64,000 nt of DNA, taken from contig CM119266.1 of the NCBI GenBank assembly GCA_051294375.1, forward strand, positions 26,106,851-26,170,850, given 5' to 3'. Made by a program: the position numbers and the translations under genes. Within the stretch, counting starts at the first letter, position 1. Each line of letters opens with the position of its first letter. Below the pieces are notes generated by a model. It saw nothing but the letters and a program-made list of their open reading frames with translations. It did no database searches and was not told the DNA's origin. The DNA comes from Paraspadella gotoi (Eukaryota; Animalia; Chaetognatha). Of this stretch, positions 44,701 to 57,229 are shown in pieces.

Positions 44701-47351
44701 GATAAACAAAGACTAGTAGATTTGCTTGCTGAAAAAGAAGAAAAGATTGAAAATCAACATTTAAAGTTCGAAAGTCAACAAGCTATTGTATTTGGATCTT
44801 TAGAAGAAGCTTCATTAAAAGTTAAGGAACAAGACATAAGTATTTCTTTGAAAGACGATAGAATAGCTTCTCTACAGGCAGATATTGGAGCCATTGAAAC
44901 CAAGTTAACTGTAAAAGAAAAAGATTTAAAAATGTTTCAAGATAAACATATTATCGAAGCTGAACAGTTACAGATACGAATTGACGCTTTGATTAATGAA
45001 ACAAAGAACTATGAGGATCAAATTAAAATTTTCAGGGCAGAAGCCACTGAAACAGAACAAGAGAAAAAAAAATTAATTGGCGAATTAAATATTGTGAAGG
45101 AAGAAATGAAAGAAAATATGAAAGAGAATGAAATACGGAAATTATCAATAAAGGTGAATTAATATCCCTAACTTTTGCTTGGCCTTTTTGGGCATGCTGC
45201 TTGTTTTACCAAGATAAACGTTAGTTTTTGTTGTCCCCTATGTTATCGAGGCTATAAGAATGGTCTTTATTTAAAAAAAAATAAATCTTAACTATTTTAT
45301 AATTTTTATATACGTAATGGACCATTTAATTAGTCTCCTTTCGTTTTCTTCATTTATTTGAAGGGAAAGTGGCTCTTAATTCTGTTTGCGGTGCGAATCT
45401 TTTCATTAACCAGATATTAATTTTTTTACTAGTTTGGCATGAAACTTGCTTTGCCCAATGCCTAAGGTCTTAAAGTTGCGCAATATTTTGAAGGAGATAG
45501 GCTTTTATTTTGATAATTCTTGTTTTTCCTTCAATTTTTTTTCCAAAAGTACATTCTAACTTATTAGTCACAGCTATAACTGTGATTGTTTTCGGTTTAT
45601 CTGTCCGTCCGTCTGTGGATATTATGTAAAGTAAATCAAAATTTTCTACACAAAAGGTTTCTTTAACTCACGGGTTTACGGAGACCTTATGAGAAAACAT
45701 TAAAGAAGAAGTCTCGATTCTCTAATAAAATCTCCAATAAGAAAGGAAAACATATTCAATAAGGATCATAATTAATTCTTTGGGATAAAACTAGTTAGCT
45801 CGGAATTAGCAAATACAGTTTGCAGGTTAGTAATTAAAGTAAGAAGTTCGTACCTGACAAGGGACTATACTTTAGTGACGCGATATAACAACTTAATAAT
45901 GCTAAGCCAAAGGGCCTCGTCATTAAATCTCCATATATCTACTCCCACGGTGCTTCATTGATTTTATTAAATTAAAAAAAAATTTCCGTAATAAGTTTGA
46001 ATTTTAAAAAAAGTAGTTTGCTGTTAGGTAATTATTTGTTAAAATTCTTTTGGAAAAAATTTGGAGTGATGAATGGAAAAATATTTTCTATTGAAAACAC
46101 TTCGCTGACTTTTTAAACTTTGTCACTTAGTGGAATTGAAAATTGTGGGTTTTTTTTTCTTGTCCTTTTTGCTTTAAATGACAACCCATTCCTACCTAAA
46201 GTGCTTTAAAAATTTGAGTAATTTTGTATAATATGTATGGTTTGCATACCTACATGATTTTTTAATTTTTTTTTATAGAACAAACTGGAGGCGGAATTAA
46301 ACAAGACCTTAGACGAGAAAAAACGATTGATGGCGGAAAACTCTGCCAAAGAAAGTGAAATTCTGCGCTTGAGGGTGAGTGTTAAGTATCTGTCGGTTGG
46401 TCTTGTTTTCCAAATTCATTGCATTTTGCGGTTGACTAATGACTATGCTTTTGCTTAATCGTTTTAAACTCGAGGCAATAAGGCGAAAACCTTTAATTTC
46501 TTAATAGTTGCAAAGCATAAATTTTTTTTATTAACTTGAGTTTCTACATCGTCTACTGTAAAAGTAAGAAAATGAATTTAAAAAAATAGAAACATTTCGA
46601 AATATGTATATGAATGGAAAATTATTTTCTTTTTTTGCCCTGCAAATTTATTATAAAATTTAACTTTTTAGAATTATTATAATCATTCTTGTGATCTCGA
46701 TAAAAGAAACTTTCGATTAAACGTATGACGACGTTGGAAGAAGGAGACAATATATATTTATTATGAATTTGGTACAACTAATATAAAAATTATCCATTGA
46801 TTTAATAAATCAGCTATCTTGCCCCTGACTTTGGACAGGCTTTGGTGGTTTAAGGCCTCCATCGCTCTTACCAGATAATGACAGTGAGAGAATATCGTCC
46901 AGGCTGTCGACTTTTAATAAGGAGAGCTGCGAGTCAGAGAGAGAGAGAGAGAGAGACGAAAACGGGGACGAAATTTCGGTCGAAGTCGTCATCGACCCTC
47001 CTCCAAAAGGGGCGTTTTCTAATTCCTGTTCTAGTCTTCCATCTTCATTTTCTTTTCTTTACAAGGAAGATGTCTTTTACCAAGTTCTTAACCCCATTCG
47101 CCATCTTGTTTTTAATGATTAATCGTATCCTCATTCAGGACGAGAATCAGCGGCTGCAAGAGGAAGGCACGAAGCTCCGGCAACGCTTCCTCACCGACAC
47201 GGTGACGAAGAGCGAGCCTCCTTCCTCCTCTCCCTCCTCGGCGACGGGGTCGTCAAGCGGCGGCGGCGGCGTCGTCGCCCAGGCCCCGCTCATCATCTAC
47301 ATCATTCTCTCCATCATAATAGGACTCGTCCTCGGCAAAGTACTTTTATAA
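41713..47351 (+). CDS. VAP: VAMP-associated protein (MSP domain, coiled coil, C-terminal TM) with a giant internal exon
   Basis: Exons 41713-41770, 41884-42140, 42230-42343, [42778-45153], 46279-46374 and 47139-47351. VAP consensus [36 protein letters not shown] and [13 protein letters not shown]. Confidence 0.97.
42778..45153 (+). CDS. 2376-nt phase 0/0 exon encoding 792 aa of E/K/L/N-rich coiled coil inside the VAP gene
   Basis: Acceptor ctttcag|AAA at 42778 and donor AAG|gtgaat at 45153; open throughout; the ORF opens with TTG rather than ATG and stops 9 nt into the intron. Confidence 0.85.
45560..45915 (+). mobile_element. DINE-1/Helentron-like non-autonomous element (candidate)
   Basis: 5' ttattagtcacagctataactgtga hairpin followed by a (GTCY)n microsatellite (ctgtccgtccgtctgt). 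The 3' boundary is approximate. Confidence 0.45.
46770..46885 (+). repeat. Intronic dispersed repeat, copy 1 (copy 2 at 62413-62540)
   Basis: Shared ggtacaa..aatataaaaattatccatt..aataaat..gctatctt..ccctgactt.ggacaggctttggt..ttaagg..tccatc..tta..agataat.aca. Confidence 0.8.
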
Positions 47352-49599
47352 TTTCTTCCTCGCCCGGAAGAGCGGGGGGCGGGAGGGGGAAAGTGTGTTT
47401 GAAGGAGTGATAGAGAGAGAGTGTGACTCTGTTTTTGGAGTGACCCCCCTATAGAATATGCACTTGTATAAATAAAATAAAATATCGAAATACGCGTGTT
47501 TAACTTAATTGTGGCACCCACACGATATTGAATGAGATGAGCTACGAAATTGAACCCATTCGACCCTTAAAACCAATGTACAGTGTTTTCTCCTGTTGCG
47601 GCAAGTTTTATTGGCTTCTTTTTTTTATATTTAAGACATTAATTGTTTTAGCGGGTCTGTGTTTATGTATGATAGTGTCGTATTGTTTTTAGTCTACTTT
47701 AAAAAAAAATTGTGAGGATGCGGGACCGAAAACATTCGGTAAGAATTACAAGAATCGACCTTCTTTCCCTGCCATAGTATCTCTAGAAATTGTGGTCTTT
47801 GTCTCTGACTACGGCACGCTCAGAAATCAGATCAAATTAAGGCGCGTGACGCGGTCTTAACCGAATATGCTATGCTAGATGTATCAAAATCATAGCTTTG
47901 CTTTTTTTTCAAATGTCGGTGATGTCACTTATAAATAAAGCAATCAGTTCTTCCTATACTTTTTATTAGCAATTAATTTTTTTAAACACTTTACTGTATC
48001 TTTATTCGTTTTCGTCGTGAAGAAATCGATTCTTTTTTTTTTCGCATGATGCTGACTACGGAGCAATCAAACTCAAAGAGACGCTTATTATTTATTCCTA
48101 ATACATTATTTTTTCAGATAGTTGTGCTTTCAGTTTTTATTTCGCTTCGTTAAACTGAGCAACTTTAGAATTTCAACAAACAAAAACCTGTAGGTAAACG
48201 TAAAATCGTTGAGTACATAGCATTAGCAATTATTTTTACGCCGTCACTTTTGTCGATATTTATCCGTAATACGCGAATAATCTTATCAATAGTGTTTTTG
48301 CATAAAAAAAAATTTCGACGATCACCGCAACTCGCTCAAAACGATTTGATGAAAAACCCTACCTTTGTTACGTATGTCTTGCCGCCCAGAAAGAATAGTC
48401 CGTTGCCTTTATTTTTTTTTCGGCTTTCGTTTTCTTCACGGATTTCTCCTTCGCCCCTCCCCCCCCTCTTTGAAATCCACCAACCATCCTATCGCAACTA
48501 ATTTTTTGTTGAAATTCGAAACCATCCCGCTTCCTGGATTCTAATGTTTGTATACGAAACAAGGTGTTTAGGTGAAATTCACATTTTTTTTCCTGTCAAA
48601 CATGAATATAAGTTACCGTCTTAAATCTAAAATTAGTTTACCGGATTTCTGATTAGAATCGTCTTCTTCACTTCGAGAAAACCGTTTGTCACTTTGTTTC
48701 AACGTAACTTTATTTTAAACTTTAATTTTACTCAGTCATCATCACGTCGTAAATAGTAGTACTCTTTTTATTTTCTTTTCCAAGATACAGCTGGGATTCT
48801 CGATTGTTTTAAAATGACGATATTGTTCTCTCTTCAACTCTAGAAGGCCGTCTCTACGTTACGAAGTGGTTCTTCATTTTGCTTTCACCCTAAATTAAAG
48901 AGGATGACTAATATAATCCGGAAATATTCCAGAAACTGTGGTGGATGACTCCTCACCTTTTCCTCCGTAAAGATTCTATTCAAAAAGCCGCGCTGGCCGA
49001 ATTCCGCCGCCGCTGCTCTGCCGCCCTTATTTTCACATCTTCGCCGCGGCCTTTCGACGACGGAAAAATTAGGCTCGAGAATTCCTGTTCTCTTTTTAAA
49101 AAGAACTTCGCGTATTTGTCGCAAAACTGGTTTTCTTTGGCTTTGACTTTGCCGACATAGTGAAATTCGAGGACTGTTTCTCGGCCGCTTCTGCATCGGG
49201 TTTCGCCCTTTCCAAAGAATATCTTCTCAGGAGCTGGACTGCCCGCAGGATTCCCGGTCCGGGCAGCAGCCGATCCAGCGTTCCGTCACCGTCTTTTCGC
49301 CGGCATTTCCCAGCACGGATCTAGGATCACTATTTCTCTCTCGCAGAGATCGACTGAAAAAGGATACGGACAACTGTTTGGGCTCGACGATAAAGTGCAC
49401 CCGGTGATGGTTAATTATTAAGTATTGCGTCATGAAGACTAGTTGCTGAGTTTGTTAAAATGTACAATTCCGTACTCTGTACGTAATCAATAACTTTAGT
49501 GACCCTTGTCAGACGTTACAAAGAACTAGTATTTGTATCAATAAGCAATTTTATATTATCTACAAAAATAAATCGCGTATATAAACAAAAGATGGGTTA

Positions 49600-49765
49600 A
49601 TTTTACTTACGCTGACCGGGGTTAGGGGGGTTTAGGGTAAGGGGTTGAAAGGTAATTAGGGTTAAGAGGGTTTAGAATTAGGTAATAATTTTTTACAATT
49701 TTTTTAATGAAGTATTTTAAGTGGTTTTTCAAAAGACCCCAAAACCTCGGTCGGCGAAAGAAAAA
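49600..49765 (+). repeat. Partial third copy of the TTAGGG-like/hairpin element just upstream of WDR1
   Basis: ggggttagggggg tttagggtaagggg...ttagggttaag array and the end gaccccaaaacctcggtcggcgaa match the 20.4-21.5 kb elements. Confidence 0.7.
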
Positions 49766-49820
49766 TTATTCATATTTTTTAATTTAAAAAACTTTTCACA
49801 CTCAAGTCGGAGAAAGAAAA

Positions 49821-52800
49821 ATGTCGTACACCAACGTTCGTACGTTCGCCACATTGCCCAGAACGACGAGAGGTCAGCATATAATTCTGGGTGGCGACCC
49901 CAAAGGAAACAACTTTTTGTACTGCAGCAATAAAAGCGTGATCATCAGGGACATCGCGGATCCCGCCAAAGTCGACATTTACTCGGAGCACTCGGTCGCC
50001 ACGCAAGTCGCTAAATATTCGCCTTCCGGGTTCTACATTGCCTCCGGAGGTCAGTGTTAGCTTTGTTCATTTTGTTTTTCTCAAACAGAGACGAGATAGA
50101 TGAAGGGGGCCTTCTTTAGTAGGGGTAGCCCACTCAATGGGGTGAGTCAAAAATTTAGAGTGAGTACGTGCTCAAACAAAATTTATACATTTTTAAGTAT
50201 TCTTTCAATGGACAAAAATTTTTTATGGCTCTATAATCTATACCCTAGTAATTATTTTTTATAGATAGGAAAGACAAAAAAATTTTTAAAAAGTTTTAAA
50301 TTTTAAAACCAGATTCAGATTCTCTTAAAAAGTTGTCTACACAAAGTATAATTCTTTTTTAAATATTTTTATGATAAATGAGTTTAAAATATAAAAAAAC
50401 TGTAAAAAATCATCATTATCTTTCGATGATTTTCAGTTTTTTTTATATTTTCATTTAAAAATTGCAAGAATAGTTTAAATTTATAATTATATTTCTTGTT
50501 TAATCCATCAAAAAATTTTGTCTTTATAGTAATTTAATAATTTTAAATAGGCTATAACCCTCAGAAGAAAGCATTTTTAACAAAAAATATTTTACTACCA
50601 TAATCTATGCTCATGATAGATTATTTTAACGCTGTATTTATTAGCATTTAAATTTCATTGTCTATGGCTAACTTTAGAAAACATAATCCACAGGGGAGAT
50701 AAGAAAAGAAAAGGGAATTGTCAAAATGAAGCTGCGACATTTTCATCTTTCAGTTTTTCATTTCTACCTAATCAAAATGGAGCGTTACACTTACAACAAT
50801 GATATCACACACAAAACTTCACACACAAAAGATCTTCAATTTTTTTAAATTGTATATTTTATTAGTTACGCCAGGAGTACTCGCGGAGCAACTCTAAAAG
50901 TCACTTTTTGGTTGGTCCGTCGGTATGTCCGTCTGTCGGTCTATCCCACTTACGTTAAAAATGAATATAATTTGCTTATAGTTGGTTGCTCATTTGTTAA
51001 AACAGAAAAAAAAATCTAAAGGACTTTTAGCGCCGCCTTCAGGAATTCTTAAAACTATAAAGAATAAAAGATGGAATTTTGATGAGGTGCTTGTCATAAA
51101 TACACAGGTAAAAATTTTTTTAATCATGTCATATCATGTGATCAAAGGGATATACATGTGAAAATATTCACTGCGGCGCAACACTTTAGAATTATCGTTC
51201 TTGTTAAAATAAAATCAATTGAATGATTTCTATTTTATACATTATAATGTTATAATGTTATAAGGACCAAAATTTTAAAATTTTAATACTTGTATCCTTT
51301 ATTTGAACTTCAAAAAAATATCCTCTTCCTCCCTACTACAGCCTCCGTGAAATAGACTTATACTTAATTTCCAATCACCTACATATATTAGCTAAATCTA
51401 ATTTTCGATTATCTGAATTTTTTATATGAAACTTAAAATTTATATTTCTTTGGTTTTTATGAAATTGGTACATTATTATTATATTATTACATTATTATTA
51501 TATTATCTTCTCTTTTTTTCACCAGTATGACAGTTAAGTTAATTAAATTATTTAAACAGTCAACACTTGAATTTCATCTTTGTTAATGTTCGTAAACAAA
51601 TTTTTACACAATTTCTGACTTATATGTCGTTCGTTAATTACTATTACTCTTGCCTCCCCCCCTCGGAATCATCATTAAATCCCCCTCCTCTATCCTTGCC
51701 TTTTTCATCATCAAACGCGTCATCGTTTAGTCGTCTCTCCCTCTCTCTCTTTCTCTCACTCCGTCCTTCCATGGCACCATCATCATCATCAACGTCGTCG
51801 TCGTTCGCTTCTCTATCCCTCTCTCGTTCTCCGTCGCGCTATCATCAGGATGATCGTTCCCTTCGGTCTTTGTCGTCGTCTTCGTCGTCGTCTATTCAGG
51901 CCCCGTGGTCGTCATTGTCGTCGTCGTCGTCGTCACCGTCACCGTGATTCTCTATAATGGCGTGACGGCGAGTCGATGCCATCGGTTGAAACGAGAAAGG
52001 CCGAGCGACTTCGCGGAACCGTCGTCGTCATCCTAATGACGTCTTCCCCTCATAAATGGTTCATTCAAATGAGGAATTTTTTTCTCTCTCTCCCCATCGC
52101 TCGTTCGCTCTCTCTCTCTCGCGCGCAGATGGCCGCCATTGTGACGGAGTCGCGTCACGCGCCCTCTTTTCGCACTCGTATTTGTTTTCTTATTTTTTAA
52201 TTTTGTTTAAAAAATCATTACATTAAGACTCGAACAAGTTTTATAACCTATTTTCATTAAAACTTTTTATCGTGGTATTTGAGAATTAGAGCTATTTTTT
52301 TAACGTCTTAAATTAAAAATACGTACACAAAAAATAATCGATTATCTCGTATATCTAAACAGATGCCTCGGGCAAGCTTCGAATCTGGGACACGGTCAAC
52401 GCAGAGCACATCCTCAAAGCGGAATACCCTTGCATCGGGGGAGCGATCAAGGACATCTCTTGGTCGGCCGATTCCACGAAGATCGTCGTCGGCGGCGAAG
52501 GCAGAGATACCTTCAGTAAGTTAACGAGCGTCGACGAATCTTTAATTTCGGTGATCGAGATCGACGAATCTTAAGTCATCCTCTCGTCTTCGTTTCGAAA
52601 AACAGCGCGGGTCATGAACATGGACACAGGAACTTCGGTCGGTGAAATCTGCGGACACAGTAAAATGGTCAACGCCGTCGCCTACAGGTGACTTTACGAA
52701 CCTTTTTACCTTCGTATCATTTATTAATTATACTTTTTTGCCTTCTTATTATCTCAAGGCCGACGCGACCTTTTCGAATTGCGACCGCCTCCGAAGATTG

Positions 52801-53332
52801 TTCAGTGGGGTTCTTCGAAGGACCTCCCTTCAAATTTAAGCACACCAATCAGGACCATACCAGATTCGCGACTGCCGTCCAGGTATTCTTTTCTGTATTT
52901 TTATCGTCGCAATCGCTAAGCGTTTGCGACGATATTGTAACGCCTTTGCGCATAAGTTCCAAATTATAGATCGCCTTTTTTATGATTAAATTTGGGTGTA
53001 TGAAGCTGAAAATTTGTATAAAGCTTCTCATCATCGATGTGCTTAAAATTGAGTCTGGACAGTTATTAAATATGTTTTGTTTACGTTTTATCAAAACAAA
53101 CAAATTTTCTCTTTTATTTTCATATTTCTTTCTCTCTCTCTTTTCTCTTTTAATTACATATCTCTCTCCCTCTCTCTTTTCCCTCGTCACTGATTCATAA
53201 TCATAGGGAAAAAACGCTGGCTCTGCTGCTTCTGCTGCTGCCTTTCAATTTTTTTCTCTGCAGCTGGCTCTGCAGGGGCTCTTTCTTTTTCACTTTTCTC
53301 CTGCTGCTTCTGATGCTGTCTTTTGATTTCTT

Positions 53333-53394
<62 letters not shown>

Positions 53395-56300
53395 TAATTT
53401 TTTCCTTTTAAAAACTTTTATCGCCATTTATTCCAAAATTTACATCAGATATTTTCGTGGATTTTTTTTTAAATATTCTAAATATCAATCAGAATAATTT
53501 TTTTTTCAATATATATTTACTTTATTATTTTATTTTACTTTACTTCATTTTACTTCACTTTAGTCTTTACTTCACTTCGTCAGTCTGATTCAAGTTTCAT
53601 TTTGTCTTTTGTCTGGGAATGCTTACAGTGTTTAGAGAGGTCGCATTCGATCAAACTGCTCGCTTATGCGGGCTAAAAGTAAAACAAAGGTCCGGGGTTC
53701 TAGCCCGGTGGCCGCCTAGAAGTTAAGAGGGACGGGGCGCTTAACCCGCCTGTAACAGCCTGATCCGAAGCTCAGGGACTGCTTATATTGAACGGTTCTG
53801 TCATTAATACTTATAAATAATCACTGTCTCTTCAGTACCTTCAATAATGTCTCTCCAGACTTAGCACTTGCTAAAAATTAAACTCGAAAATAAGTTATTT
53901 TACTGTTTTATATTTATTCTTTTTTTTTCTCAGGGGCTGCGTCTGCTGATCAGTTTATTTGACAATGAAAATTCCTTACTATTCTTTCTTTCCTTTCTAT
54001 TCTTTCTTTCCTTTCTATTCTTTCTTTCCTTTCTATTCTTTCTTTCCTTTCTATTCTTTCTTTCCTTTCTATTCTTTCTTTCCTTTCTATTCTTTCTTTC
54101 CTTTCTATTCTTTATTTATATTTATTCTTTTCTTTTTCTTTCTGTTTATAAATTAATTTTCTTTTATCGTCGCAAAATTTGCTGTGATTTGGTACATAAG
54201 TGATGTCGTCGTCGGCGTTATCTTTGATGATTAAATTTGGATGTATGAAGCTAAAAATTTATATACAGCTTCTTATCATCAATATCCTTAAAATTGGGTC
54301 AGGATGGTTATTAAATATGTTTCGTTTACGTTTTATCAAAACAAACAAATATCCGACAAAGTAAATTTTAGAGCCGGAATCTGCTGTAAGCAGATCCGGC
54401 TAAAAATATTTTTGCCATACCGTATTTGCGTTATGCCAAATTTCCAAATCTCTCCCAGTACTCTCCCGATGGGTCAGTCTTCGCATCTGCCAGCATGGAC
54501 GGTTCCATCCACCTTTTCGATGGCAAAACCGGCGAGAAGTTAGGCGTCTTCGGCGAGAAGGAGGGAGGTCGGGCTCACAAGGGAGGAGTCTACGGCCTCT
54601 ATTTCAACGACGCCGGAACTCATCTCCTCAGCGGTCCGTCATCCTTTTCTTTTTAACGTTTGTAATGCATAATTTACTCTTGTCTACATAACAAGTACAT
54701 ATGTACATATTCTTGTCTTTCAGCCTCCGGAGATAAAACTTGCAAAATATGGCTTCTCGAAAACCGAACCTTAGAGACGGATTTTCCCATGGGTTCCCGC
54801 TTGGATGACATGCAAGTCGGCTGCTTGTGGAAAGGTCGTCTCTCGGAATATATTTATATTTGTTAGTAATAATGAAATTAATTGATAAATATTGATGTTT
54901 AAAAACTCCAGGAAATTATCTCATCAGCGTTTCTTTGAGCGGTAATATTAACTACTTGGATCGAGAAAATCCGTCGACTCCCTCGAGGGTTGTAACTGGT
55001 CACAACAAACCCGTCACCGCTCTCACTCGTAAGCATCAGAAATTGGCTAAATGAGTTTCGCTTTTCGATGCATTGTTTTGTTGTCAACGCGCTTAACTTC
55101 AGTCGCGGGCGGGCGTCTATTTTCCGGCTCCTCGGATGGGCGCATCGTCCACTGGGACCCGGAGTCCGGCGCCAACGACGTCGTGGTCGGCGACGGGTTC
55201 GAGGCCAAGGACCACATCAATCAGATTCAAGGCCTCGTGCCCAAGTGCGATGCGGAGGTCTGCTCCATCGGGCTCGACGACGAGCTTAAAGTCATTGACG
55301 TCAAAAGTGAGTCCGGGAAGCCATAGCAACTTTGGATTTTTGGTAAACCCTTTTCATTTACTCAGAAATGCAATTCATCTCCTCGCAAAAGATGCCGTCT
55401 CAACCTCGTGGTCTCGACGTCAGCGTCGACGGAGCCGTCATAGCCGTCGCCTGTTGCAGACACGTAAGTCCTTTTTGTATGTGCGCATTACAGTTTGCAT
55501 TGTTTATTATATATTTACATATATTTATTTGATAAGAAATAGAAGCGGCTTCTCGATAAATCGTTTATTTTTGTCTCCACAGATCCTGGTGATTTTGGAC
55601 GGAAAAGTGACGACGGAAATGCCCTTCGACGCGACGCCCTCCTGCGTCTCCATCAACCCCACCGCCACGGAGATCGCCGTCGGGGCCGACTCCTTGGTTT
55701 ACGTCTTCAGTCTTGCAGGAGACGGATCCATCCAAGAGAAAAGGGTAAGGCCTCGGGGAGCAAAGTTGACTTTTAATCTTCTTTCGCTCTCATTTAATCC
55801 TCTCCTCCGCCGCCACAGACAATCGGCCACCAACCGCCGGCGGCGGTGACAGCGATCGGCTATTCCCCTAACGGCGAGTATCTCGCCGCCGCCGACCTCA
55901 ACCGCAAGGTCCGCCTCTACGAACTCGCCGAAGGATACAAAAACGTCGTGGGGGAGTCTTGGTCGGCGCACACGGCGAAGATTAATTGCCTCGCCTGGTG
56001 TCCCGACTCAGTAAAATTAGGTGAGTTGATCCAGTTTGTTAGTTCTCGGAAAGAAAAAAAATATATTAATCTAATATGGAAGACGTTTTAGGTCAGGTGG
56101 TCTGGTTGTTTAGCAACCGATCTTGTTTTTTCTCCCTTGGCACTGAGGCCGACTTATAACTTACTATTGTTTTTCTTAAATTTAGCCACTGGAAGCATCG
56201 ACACTAACGTCGTGATATGGAATACGGAAGACAAGACGAAAAATATCAAGGTGATCTACGTTTTTATGCATTGAACGTTATAATAGCCTTTACTGATTTA

Positions 56301-56468
56301 GATTAAAATAAATTAAATAATTTTACTTTTGTTTATTTTCCTCTCCCCCGTTCTTAGATCCTCAACGCTCATCGACCCGATTCCGTCAACGCCGTCTGTT
56401 GGTTAAACGAGAAACGCGTCGCATCCGTTGGTCACGACGCCAACCTCAAAATTTGGGAGATTCAATGA
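49821..56468 (+). CDS. WDR1: WD repeat protein 1 / actin-interacting protein 1
   Basis: 13 in-phase exons: 49821-50049, 52363-52515, 52606-52687, 52759-52882, 54459-54633, 54724-54834, 54912-55028, 55103-55306, 55366-55463, 55583-55744, 55819-56020, 56185-56250 and 56358-56468. Motifs [46 protein letters not shown] and FEGPPFKF. Confidence 0.97.
50857..51208 (+). mobile_element. DINE-1/HINE (Helentron-associated)-like element in WDR1 intron 1
   Basis: Subterminal inverted repeats gttacgcc (50865) and ggcgcaac (~51175), an internal gttac..gcaac hairpin, a GTCY-type microsatellite (ggtccgtcggtatgtccgtctgtcggtc) and T-rich flanks. Confidence 0.55.
53333..53391. repeat. (CT)n microsatellite
   Basis: Read directly from the sequence. 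Confidence 0.95.
53981..54113. repeat. 18-bp minisatellite (attctttctttcctttct), about 7 copies
   Basis: Read directly; it explains the spurious FFLSFL and YSFFPF ORFs. Confidence 0.95.
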
Positions 56469-57229
56469 CGGCCACGCCCTCTCCGCTTCCTCGCTCTCGC
56501 ATCCGTCGGACGCGCCTTTCGTCCCGCGCGCTTTTTGAAAGTTTTGAATACGAAAAAAAACCCTTTTTGCTTTTTTTCTCTGAGTCGTCTTCGTTTTTCT
56601 TTTCACGATTTGCATGAAAATCCCACATTTCCCGGAACCCTTAAATTTTTATGCGAGCAGAAGTTTCTTTCATTACTGGTTCTATTGGTGTTTTTATGTA
56701 AGATACGTACCGTCACTTGTTTTAAAGTGAAAAAGTTTTTTCACAATAATGCGGGGATGTGCGAAAGACTTTCTCGCTTTGATTAAAGTTTTCGTTTGAC
56801 TCGCTTTACCATTCCTTTTTATTTATATAGGATTAACAATTATTAATTTAATTTTTTTATATCGATTTACGTTAAGATTGTTAAATTCAAATAATTTTAC
56901 CCTTTAATCGTTCTTCAGCTAAAAAATTCTTAGCCTTGAATCTTTTGAAGTTGTTTTCTCTCTGCCTCTCTCCCGGACCTTCGCGGCTTATCCGATACTT
57001 TTTAATCGTGTTTTCGTTCAATGGTGATCTTTACGTAGTTTCATTGTGATGGCCGCCATAACATCTAGCCTATTCTATTTTTATTACTATATTATTATCG
57101 ACGCTTTAATGTCATTTTAGGAGGAAAAAACTTGTCAAACCCCTAAAATGTTAAATAACTAGTCTTTTTCTCTTCACTGATCCGGAAGAAAGGAATCTCA
57201 ACCAAATAAAAAAAAACTTTTGAAAAAAT

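Larger units (their letters stand above)
52898..54350 (+). mobile_element. Cluster of Helentron/HINE-like repeat copies with CT-rich satellites in WDR1 intron 4
   Basis: The start tttatcgtcgcaatcgctaagcgtttgcgacgatattgtaacgc is shared with 59678; a second start lies at ~54163; block 52982-53104 is repeated at 54227-54350. Confidence 0.7.

Noticed and set aside
42763-45162. Independent intronless nested gene or viral ORF
   Set aside because: The ORF opens with TTG, its limits coincide with phase-matched splice sites, and it is on the same strand as VAP. An exon is the simpler explanation.
53688-53760. Twister ribozyme (ccgg..agcccgg, gaggg, ttaacccgcc)
   Set aside because: The loop lacks the UCCC needed for the T1 pseudoknot, and P1/P2 pairing could not be built.
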